From assembly GCF_006345805.1 (NCBI RefSeq), contig NC_042998.1, forward strand, positions 196,354,001 through 196,418,000: DNA of 64,000 nt. The letters are read 5' to 3'. The notes under the pieces are model-generated. The model did no database searches. It was not told where the DNA came from and worked only from the letters and a program-made list of their open reading frames with translations. The DNA is from Octopus sinensis. Taxonomy: Eukaryota. The first letter of the stretch is position 1; every line of letters starts with the position of its first letter. The translations under genes and the position numbers were made by a program. Of the stretch, positions 39,440-49,946 are shown piece after piece.

Positions 39440-39842
39440 ACGACAGACGACATGGAATAATAACTACCACACGTTTATTAATAGAATACGCGAAATTACG
39501 ACAGCGACGTTCACGACAGACGACATGAAGTTCTGAGAATCATATATTGGGAAGTTTATGCTTGTATATGTGAAGTTACGACAAGCATGTTTATGATAGA
39601 CCATACGAATCTATAACAATCGTATGTTTATGATAGAAGTCGTAGAATGACGACAATCGTAAATATTTATGACAGACGGCATGAAGTTCTGAGAATCATA
39701 TGTTGGGAAGTTTATGATTGTATATGTAAAGTTACGACAAGTATGTTTATGATAGCCCACACGAATCTATAACAATCGTATGTTTATGATAGAAGTCGTA
39801 GAATTGCGACAATCGTAAATGTTTATGACAGACGACATGAAC
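39440..39842. repeat. CpG-rich 156-bp tandem repeat in AP3M1 intron 1
   Basis: GACAGACG(A/G)CATGAA recurs at 39515, 39671 and 39827. Confidence 0.85.
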
Positions 39843-39952
39843 GAAGTTGCGACGTGTCTGCTTTCGTTTGGGAGCTGATAAAAATGTTACATTGCTTGTA
39901 TACGAACTGAGATGTATGAAGTAAATAACAGGAGACAATGTGGAATACTCAC

Positions 39953-39987
39953 CCAGAATTATTTATAACAAATAAACTGTGAATCAT
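39953..39987 (-). CDS. AP3M1: AP-3 complex subunit mu, coding exon 1 (MIHSLFVINNS-G)
   Basis: ATG at 39987; matches the AP3M1 N-terminus (human MIHSLFLINCSG); GTGAGT donor, phase 2. Confidence 0.93.
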
Positions 39988-40567
39988 AATTGCTGCCTCG
40001 GTGTTATTTGGTGGTCAACAACAAACAGGGTTTCCAGTGGAATGACACCATTTGTAATTTGTCCCGAGTCGCTTACGTCCTTTAACACGTCACACCTCTT
40101 CACGAAATTAAGGCCCCTTACGTACAACACTATTAACAGATGACAATTTTATGGCACCTTAATTAATATACAGACACGTTCATTAAATATCCTGTATTTT
40201 TAATAAAATTGCTTTTGCTTTTAATTTCTGTTTATTGTTGATTTTTTTTTATTGTGGTATTTGAAAACTTTTTCTTTGTATATAAATAATTTTAAACCTA
40301 TTAAATGAATAATTTCATTAAACGGTATATTTATTTAGTTTTAGGTGGGCGAGCTGGTCTGAGTTCAAATTCCGCTGAGGTCGACTTTGCCTTTCATCCT
40401 TTCGGGGTCGATTAAATAAGTACCAGTTACGCACTGGGTAGATATAATCGACTTAATCCGTCTGTCTGTCCTTGTTTGTCCCCTCTGTGTTTAGCCCCTT
40501 GTGGGCAGTAAAGAAATAGGTATATTTATTTAGTTTTGGACTAGACATATTTTGGGAGGAGGGATTG

Positions 40568-40812
40568 TTGGTACTATTTAAGAAGAGTGGTCCCGGTGCG
40601 CGCATTCGCGTACTCGTGCATCCACGCTAGCTAGTCGTGACTAGTCGATCCTTACTTTGTATTTTTGTTTTATTTACTTTGTGTAAAAAAAATTATTTAT
40701 TTTGTGTTTTATTTACTTTGCTAGGTAGTCGTTGTAGGATCGACTATTCACGACTAGCTAGCGCGACTACGCGAGTGCGCGCACCGGGACCACTCTCCTT
40801 AAGTAGTACCAA
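40568..40812. repeat. CpG-rich palindrome upstream of AP3M1
   Basis: Arms 40568-40652 and 40736-40812. Confidence 0.85.
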
Positions 40813-41399
40813 AAATTGCTTTTAATTTCTGTTCATATTTGATTTTTTTGTTGTGGTATTTGAATACTTTTCTTTGTTTATAAATTCTAAACCTTTTAGA
40901 AATTTGCACCAGATGTTCAGTTTCTTTCATTTAAACGACATAATTTATTTAGTTTTGGACTAGACATATTTTGGGAGCAGGGATTGTTGTCATGATGTTC
41001 GTGCCATACTCAAAATCTTTCACGGTGCAAACTACAACCAACTCAGAATCGAAACCAAATCAGGTGCTTCGATTAAGATCGTGTAGAGTCTACGCTACAG
41101 ACTAATGTCCAATTGTATCCCAACTATGACCATCACGTTTTCCTATTCAGACACAGAGTATCTTAGGCTACATCATCGAATATAACATTCATTTCTATTT
41201 TAAAACACTTTGATGTTATCTGAAAGCCATTTGGCTGTTATTTCTAGTAGGTCGAGTGACCGTATAGAGAGGCTCCCTAATCGGTTGAAGAGGAATTGCA
41301 ACTGATCTCATCGCCTTCCTTCATAGAATAAATTAAAAGGTAAAATGCAATTAATAACGATGTTACAGACAGACAGTCACACATTCTCAATTATATATA

Positions 41400-41558
41400 T
41401 ATATTAAGGGCATTATTATACATAAATGCCTCACGGTAGGAGGGACTCTTAAAGTCAAAACTACCGTACTAAAACACAAAATGTGTTTATTATGGTAGTT
41501 TTGACTTTAAGAGTCCCTCCTAGCATGAGGCATTTATGGATAGTAATGTCTTTAATAT
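41400..41558. repeat. Palindromic MITE-like hairpin
   Basis: ~65-bp arms (GAGGGACTCTTAAAGTCAAAACTACC / GGTAGTTTTGACTTTAAGAGTCCCTC). Confidence 0.85.
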
Positions 41559-41633
41559 AAATATAAATATATTTAAAGGGAATAATTAATAAATTTTTCC
41601 CTTATGAGGATTTTCACGCTAACTACTTGATCA

Positions 41634-42654
41634 TCTATCTATATATATAAAACTCTAGTTGTGTGAGTGTCTGTCCCCTTCGATTTAGATTCCTAACTCC
41701 TCCCACATTTTGCGGTGCAGTTTAACCAAATTCGGGTATCTTATAGTCGTGATTCATATCGAGCCCGTCTGGGTATTAGCGCGCGTCAACGATGAGTCTA
41801 CGATTTTAAAAATAATTTAACATCATTTTTTATTCCATTTTAATGCATAAAATGCATCGTATGTCGATGGCGGCGGAGTTGGCGTCCACGCTCACAGCTG
41901 CACCTGTTTGCTTCTCCCCCTTCCCTCCCTCGTGAAGCTGTGGGGAAGGGAGTGTAAAGAAATCAACGTCGTAATGCGTTGTGAAGGAAACCAGCGTTCT
42001 TTTAGAACAACGACTTCATGGCTTGAAGACACCAAAACAAAAATGGCTAAGAAAGCCCGAATTTATAAGGGAAGTAACTCTCTAAAAATGCTTATATAGT
42101 TATTTCCCTTACAAACCCGAGCAACGCCGGGCGATACTGCTAGTATATATATATAAAACTCTAGTTGTGTGCTGTCTGTCTCCTACGATTTAGATTCCTA
42201 ACTCCTCCCACATTTTGCGGTGCAGTTTAACCAAATTCGGGTATCTTATAGTCGTGATTCATATCGAGCCCGTCTGGCTATTAGCGCGCGTCTACGATGA
42301 GTCTACGATTTAAAAAATAATTTAACATCATTTTTTATTCCATTTTAATGCATAATTTTTCGTGTGTCGATGGCGGCGGAGTTGGCGTCCATGGTCACAC
42401 CTGCACCTGTTTGCTTCTCCCCCTTCTTCCCTCCCTCGTGAAGCTGTGGGGAAGGGAGTGTAAGGAAATCAATGTCGTAAAGCGTTGTCAAGGAGACCAG
42501 CGTTCTTTTAGAACAACGACTTCATGGCTTGAAGACACCAAAACAGAATGGCTAAGAAAGCCCGAATTGGCATCTATAAGGGAAGTAACTCTCTAAAAAT
42601 GCTTATATAGTTATTTCCCTTACAAATCCGAGCAACGCCGGGCGATACTGCTAG
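41634..42654 (+). mobile_element. Two head-to-tail non-autonomous Helitron-like units (41634-42143, 42144-42654)
   Basis: A|TC start, subterminal CCCGAGCAACGCCGGG hairpin, CTAG|T end; related copy at 55970-56365(-). Confidence 0.75.
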
Positions 42655-42718
42655 TTTCTTATAAAGATTTTATCATATTTTTAAATTGTATGTGTGTGTG
42701 TGTATGTGTGTGTGTGTG

Positions 42719-42749
<31 letters not shown>

Positions 42750-43889
42750 GTGTGTGTGTGTGTATACATAAAGGTACTTTTTGGTCACCTCACTGCCATA
42801 AAAAAACTAGGTTACCTCCCCTCTAAAAATTGAGTTTACGTAGCGTCAACAGATTGGATTGAAAGAGTTAAATCTTTTTGATTCAATACTTCAACACATT
42901 GTTGAGTTTTTGCCTCTTCAATAGGAATGGAATGAATTGTTATAAAAATGTTATCAGATTCTGTAAGATGTTTAATTTTTTTCAGTTTTCATATTTATTA
43001 ATTTTTTCCACTTTTCTTTTGTTGTTTTATTGTTGGCATTAGGAAGTGCATCCAGCTGTAGAAACACTGCCAGATCTGAATGGGGCCTGGTGCAGCCTCC
43101 TGGCTTCCCAGACCCAAGTCGAACCATCCAACCCATGCCAGCATGGAAAACGGATGTTAAACGATGATGATGATGAGGAGGAGGAGGAGGGTTAAACAAT
43201 TGTTTTAGTTGAGGGAGATAACCAAAAGTACTGCTATTTCTCGTAAAACTGGGGGAGATAACTCAATTTTTTAATAGGGGTGAGATAACCAAAAAGTACC
43301 TAATATGATGGGCTTCTTTTAGTTTCCACCTATCAAATCCACTCCCAAGGCTATAGTAGAAGACACTTGCCCAAGGACCCATGTGGTTGGGAAGCAAGCT
43401 ACTTACCACACAGCCACCCCTGCACCTATAGAAACTATTCCAACATTAAGGCGTCGAGTTGGCAGAATCGTTAGTACGCCGGGCGAAATGCGTAGCGGTA
43501 TTTCGTCTGCCGCTACGTTCTGAGTTCAAATTCCGCCGAGGTCGACTTTGCCTTTCATCCTTTCGGGGTCGATTAAATAAGTACCAGTTACGCATTGGGG
43601 TTGACATAATCGACTTAATCCGTTTGTCCCCTCTGTGTTTAGCCCCTTGTGGGTAGTAAAGAAATAGGTATTTCGTCTGCCGTTACGTTCTGAGTTCAAA
43701 TTCCGCTGAGATCGACTTTGCCTTTCATCCTTTCAGGGCCGATTAAATAAGTATGCACTGGGGTCGATATAATCAACTTAATCCGTTTGTCCTCTCTGTG
43801 CTTAGCCCCCTTGTGTGTAGTAAAGAAATAGGTTGTATTAGCACTATATTATTCTGAATATTCCCTTGACAGACTGCTCTGAACGACTG

Positions 43890-44130
43890 GTTTCCAGTTA
43901 CAACTGGAGCCAGTAGGGATGGTAAGCGTCCCGACAGAATAACCCTCTTCCCATACAAGGGAAGCAGATCCCTAATCTGGGACACAAGTTGTCACACATT
44001 CCCTGGCTCCAACGTTGTTGCATCAGCCACAAACTCGAGTATCACCGCCAGAACCTTAGGTGTCCTCGGACCCCACACTGTCGATTTCCTCCGCAACACC
44101 AGGATTACTGCGGCCCAGCTGAAAATTAAG
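43890..44130 (+). mobile_element. CRE-clade-like RLE endonuclease fragment; further copies at 44690-44780(-) and 52425-52680(+)
   Basis: RDGKRPDRITLFPYKGSRSLIWDTSC resembles the DGKRPDG.T..PW..G..L.WD.TC motif. Confidence 0.6.
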
Positions 44131-45677
44131 CCCTGCACGGTGAGATGACTGTTACAGCAAATGTTGCTGGCCATTCCACGGCAATGCTTTTGCAATCATG
44201 TCTGTGTGGTGCAGCTAAAAACACCGTGGAGGCGCAATGGCCCAGTGGTTAGGGCAGCGGACTCGCGGTTTCGATTCCCAGACCGGGTGTTGTGAGTGTT
44301 TATTGAGCAAAAACACCTAAAAAGTTCCACGAGGTTCCGGCAGGGTATGGTAGTAATCCCTGCCGTACTCTTTCACCACAACTTTCTCTCACTCTTACTT
44401 CCTGTTTCTGTTGTACCTGTATTTCAAAGGGCCGGCCTTGTCACTCTCTGTGTCACGCTGAATATCCCCGAGAACTACGTTAAAGGTACACGTGTCTGTG
44501 GAGTGCTCAGCCACTTACACGTAAATTTGACGAGCAGGCTGTTCCGTTGATTCAGATCAACCGGAATCCTCATCGTCGTAACCGACGGAGTGCTTCCATC
44601 CACCATAAAAACACCATTTGTTCTGGGATGTTCTACCCGATACACCCTACACGCCCCACAACCATCTTCTGCTACTTACTACAGTGTTTGTAAGTTTGTG
44701 GCTGCTGAAACAAGGTTGGATCCAGAGAATGTGTGACAACTTGTGTCCCAGAGTAGGGATCTGCTTCCTAAAATGTCTGGCCTTGTACCAAAATTTGAAA
44801 CAATAACAGCATTCTTTTATTACTTATTCCTTTACTACCCACAAGGGGCTAAACACAGAGAGGACAAACAAGGACAGACAAACGGATTAAGTCGATTATA
44901 TCGACCCCCGTGCGTAACTGGTACTTAATTTATCAACCCCGAAAGGATGAAAGGCAAAGTCGACCTCGGCGGAATTTGAACGTAATGGCAGACGAAATAC
45001 AGCTACGCATTTCGCCTGGCGTGCTAACGGTTCTGCCAGTTCGCCGCCTTATTCTTTTATTACTATAATGGTTATTGCCACCCATTAGTAAAGTCATTTC
45101 CTTCCTTCAGTTCCACTGGGGTTATTCTAATGGTACACTCAATTCAATAGTTTCAATCTTCATTTATTGAATAATTTCAGTTATAGGAAATTTCGGAGGT
45201 GCAATGGCCCAGTGGTTAGGGCAGCGGACTCGCGGTCGGAAGATTGCGGTTTCGATTTCCAGACCGGGCATTTTGTGTGTTTATTGAGGGAAAACACCTA
45301 AAAGCTCCATGAGGCTCCGGCATGGGGTGGTGGCAACCCCTGTTGTACTCTTTAACCACAAGTTTCTCTCACTCTCTCTTCCTGCTTCTTGAGTAACGCT
45401 GCGATGGACTGGCATCCCGTCCAGCTAGGGGGAACACATACGCCACAGAAACTGGGCCCATGAGCCTGGCTAGGCTTGAAAAAAAAATGGGAAATTTCAC
45501 CATAAACATTTTTGCCATAGGAAAATCATTTCCCATAACATTCTTTTTAATGTTTGACATTGTTTAAAGACTTGCCTATCTGACGCTTTTATCATTCCTT
45601 GTTTTATTTTATTTTATTAAATGTTGATATAATACACTTTATCGTTATCCATACGGTACATTTTCTGAACACAAATA

Positions 45678-45952
45678 CCTTCTTTAGGAAACATTTTTTC
45701 ACGCTGAGAGTTGCTGAAGCATGGAACAAACTGCCGGCATCAGTTGTTAGTTGTTGGAGCACTGCATCCTTCAAAACTTCCATGCTTTCTGAGATTCGCC
45801 AACACTACACCTGATTTTCTCCCCTCCATACACACACAAGCATGTACCTGACTCATGCATTGTTCGCTTTCCAGACATTTGTACACTACTGCATGTGCTT
45901 TATACGCACTTTTGACAAGTTGTGGTGCACCTGAGCACTGTATACAATAATT

Positions 45953-45984
<32 letters not shown>
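45678..45984 (+). mobile_element. CR1/L2-type LINE 3' end with (ATT)n tail
   Basis: RKHFFTLRVAEAWNKLPASVV...SFK, then UTR and ATT repeats. Confidence 0.8.
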
Positions 45985-46471
45985 TTAACCCATTAAGTCC
46001 CAGAGTTCTTAAATTTCTGAATATTACTTTTAGATTTTTACAGATGATTGAAAATAGACTAAAATGAAAAAATTAAAACACTTTTACTTCAAGTAGAAAT
46101 GGAAATACTCGGTGTCCTATAAATAGGACACTGAGACAATCTGATATAGCTTATTTACGGTTCTCATTTAGTGTCCTATTTATAGGACAGTGGGACTTAA
46201 TGGGTTAATTAGGTACCTCTAATTGACAGCTATGTGAACTGATTGGTTGACTGTGATCTGAGAGAACACTCACCTTGATCTGGTATTTATTACTGAGAGT
46301 TAGATTGAACTGATTGGCTGTGGTCTGGTACTCTCTTCTAAGATTGATCTTGTATCTGTTACTGACAGGCACCTGTTGATTGACTATGATCCAAGACTCA
46401 ATATTTTCAAATTGACCTGGTACCTATTACTGACAGCTAGGGTGACTGATTGGTTGACAGTGATCTAGGAC

Positions 46472-46532
46472 TCATCATCATCATCATCGTCGTTTAAAGT
46501 CCGTTTTCCGTGCTAGCAAGGGTTGGACAGTT
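46472..46532 (-). mobile_element. RTE LINE 3' terminal tail fused to the U2 copy
   Basis: AACTGTCCAACCC...GCTAGC...TAAACGACGATGATGATG, the same tail as the other RTE copies in the window. Confidence 0.85.
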
Positions 46533-46541
46533 TTTAAAAGA

Positions 46542-46721
46542 TGGGCTGAATCCTGGAAGTACTGCTATACCAGGCCAACCCATGGCAAAGGCGGAGCAAG
46601 CCCCTAACTCTTCACCTCGTTCTAAAAATCAGTTTAATATCGATGGTCCCAAATAGGGACTGTATCAGATATTAAGCTGATAAGAAAAGATACTACACTT
46701 TGATCTTAGCCAAAAGGCCGA
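46542..46721 (-). pseudogene. U2: U2 snRNA retropseudogene, near full length, missing the first ~8 nt
   Basis: Minus strand reads TCGGCCTTTTGGCTAAGATCAAAGTGTAGTATCT...; branch-point pairing GTGTAGTA at 46698-46691; Sm-like GATTTTTAG; 3' stem-loops GGGGCTTGCTCC and CCTGGTATAGCAGTACTTCCAGG; no recognisable snRNA promoter. Confidence 0.93.
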
Positions 46722-49467
46722 TTGAACCAGTACCTATTAATGATGGTTAAGTGAAATGGTTTGTGGTTAGTCATCGACCATTCTCAGGTAAACAGACACC
46801 TATACTCAACCCTTTTCTTAAACAAAGGAAATGTAAAATAAAGTACTTTGTTCAGAGACAGATCCCAGCAGTGGATTTGAACTCACTCCTCATGGATACT
46901 TTGCTCATCAGCAGGGTAGGCTTTATTCAGGAGGTATCATTATCATCATCGTTTAACGTCTGCTTTCCATGCTAGCATGGGTTGGACGATTTTGACTGAA
47001 GGCTGGTGAACCAAATGGCTGCACCAGGCCCCAATCTTGATCTGGCAGAGTTTCTACAGCTGGATGCCCTTCTTAATGCCAACCACTCCGAGAGTGTAGT
47101 GGGTGCTTTTACGTGCCACCGGCATGGGGGCCAATCAGGTGGTACTGGCAATGACCGCTCAAATCTTTTTACACATGCCACCAGCACAGGTGCCAGTAAG
47201 GCGGTACTGGCAATGACGTCGCTTGAATCTTTTACACATGCCACCAGCACAGGTGCCAGTAAGGCAATGCTGGTAACGATCACACTCGAATGGTGTCTTT
47301 TACGTGCCACCGGCACGGAGGCCATCTTTTGTCTATTTCAGTCATCAGACTGTGACCATGCTGGGAAGAGTTTGCAGTCATTTGAATCAACCCCAGTGCT
47401 AATTTTTCAGTTTGAAGCTTGGTATTTATTGAATCACTAAGTTACAGGGATGTAAAAACACCAACACCGGTTGTAAAGTGGTGGTGGGGAACAAACACAG
47501 ACACACACATATGAAGGGCTTCTTTCAGTTTCCACCTACCAAATCCACTCACAAGGCTTTTGTCAGTCCGGGTCTATAGTAGAAGACACTTGTCCAAGGT
47601 GCTGCACAGAGGGATTGAACCTAGAACCATGTGGTTGGGGAACAAGCTTCTTACCATTTCACATTTGCCTTAACCCTTTAGTGTTCAGATTATTCTATCA
47701 AACATAATGCCTATTGATTCCCATTGATCTGAATTAATCATGCATTATCTCATATCTTCAAGATCTTGATGGTGTAATTACTTAATGTAGAATAACATTG
47801 TAGGGTAGGCGTGAGAGCCTGGATCTGGTCAGTTTGAACATAAAACAGATTAACTATTTTGGCCGGATATGGCCGGTTTAAATACTAAAGGGTTAACCAT
47901 ATGATAGATTCACTCTTTATTCATTTGGCATGTTTACTCATTACCTCATCCATGTAAAATATTTGCCTTCTAGCTTATCCATGTGACATTTTCCCACTAT
48001 TTCATCCATTTGACATGTTTGCCCATGATTTCATGCAAGCAATATTTGCCCCTAACTCAACCACCTGACGTGTTTGCCCATGATTTCATGCAAGCAATAT
48101 TTGCCCACTACCTTATATGTTTGCCCTTTCTCAATTTGGCATTTGCTCTTACCTCATAAATCTGACTCCTTTGTCCATTTCAAATGCAGACACACAGGTT
48201 TGAACTCAGCACCCATCTATTACACTATGCTTTATCCAGTGGTAAGGGTAACAGACTCGCAGTCATAGGATCGCAGTTTCGATTCCCAGACCGGGCATTG
48301 TGAGTGTTTATTGAGCGAAAGTGCCTAAATCTCCACAAGGCTCCAGCAGGGGGTGGTGCCAAACCCTGCTGTACTCTTTCACCACAACTTCCTCTCACTC
48401 CTTCTTCCTATTTCTGTTGTGCCTGTATTTCAAAGGGACCAGCCTTGTCACACTCTGTGTCACGCTGAATCTCCCCCAAGAACTACGTTCAGGGTACACG
48501 TGTCTGTGGAGTGTTCAGCCAGTTGCACGTTAATTTCACAAGCAAGCTGTTCCGTTGACCGGATCAACAGGAAACTTTGTCATCGTAACCAATGGAGTTC
48601 CACAATTGTTCTTATATACCAATATTTTTTTAACAAGAACATTTATGAATATTTTGACTACCAACTGTGAAATGTCCACACAGCCATGACATCAAATAGT
48701 CCGTCAGGCCTGCCATTGTCGGCTCACATGTATATATATATATATATATATATCATTGTTTAACGTCCGCCTTCCATGCTGGCATAGGTGGGATGGTTTA
48801 ACAAGAGCCAGCCAGGCAGAAGTCTGCACCAGACTTCTGTAACTGTTTTGGCAGGATTTTTACAGCTGGATGCTCTTCCTAACGCCAACCACTCCAAGAA
48901 TGTAGTGGGTGCTTTTTACGTGCCACCGGCGCAGGAACCAGTCAGGGGGCACTGGCATCAGATATCATCATCATCATATAGATATATAAACATTAGAAAC
49001 AATTTTATAGTTAGAAAAAAAATCCAAAGAAGCTTGCTTTCCAACCTTGTGTTCTCAGGTTCAGTTCCAGGCAATAGTAGAAGACACTTGCCCAAGGTGC
49101 CACGCAGTGGGACAGAACCCAGGACCATGTGATTGGAAAGGAAACTTCTTAAATTTCTCCCCGTAAAAATGTTTGGATAAAATAAACTCTCAAAATGGTA
49201 TTGGGTTGTATTTTTGAGGAAGTTTTTTAATGTTTTAATTGATGGTTTGTTTTCTATATTTTTGATGTCAGAAGAGAATTATGAAACAGAAGAGAGAAGT
49301 GGAGAATATCGTTTTGAAATGAGCGATAAAAAGGGTATAAATATAGCATCATATATTGCTGCCGAAACAGGTTGAAAGGAAGAGGTCTGAGGTGATACAA
49401 TGCACAGAAAAGTGTGGTGGGTGTGTGTGTGTATGAATTTGTATGCAGTTGTGTAAATGTATAGGCT

Positions 49468-49498
<31 letters not shown>

Positions 49499-49907
49499 CC
49501 TAATTAGAATGTAGAATGCATCAATGAGTGCAAAGTATCCATAGCAACAGAGAGACTCTTTACCTAATTCAGGATGTTTTTGTCCATAAATTAAATAAAA
49601 CAGGCATCATTAATTTAAATATCATAGTTGGCAATATTTATATAAATGGCCACAAAATTGACCAAGGGTCAACCAGCAGCACCATCTGCAGTCTGCTACA
49701 GATGTCAGCTGATCAAAGACCATCATTATCATCATCATCACGTAAGTACCAGTTGTGTGGTGCTAAGATAACTTGCTTCTCGTAAAACATCCACAGGAAG
49801 TGATTGTGTTCAACCACGTTTAGTACAGTGGATGTGAGAGAGATTGGGGAGACGGGCCACTTGAATTCAGCAGTCCACTTTTGCTACGATGACGTCTCTA
49901 TCACATA

Positions 49908-49946
49908 TTAGTATTTCTTCAACGTTTTCTTGATCAAAGCCATTCT
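49908..49946 (-). CDS. TAF12: TAF12 last coding exon (RMALIKKTLKKY*)
   Basis: TTTGCAG acceptor; TAA at 49910-49908; matches human RMALIRKTTKK; total 157 aa. Confidence 0.95.
   Translation of the reverse strand, partial: RMALIKKTLKKY

Noticed and set aside
46542-46721. Functional U2 gene, or the target site of a U2-specific element (Utopia/Keno)
   Set aside because: The 5' end is missing, there are substitutions and no promoter; U2 is uninterrupted and the RTE tail follows its 3' end rather than inserting within it.
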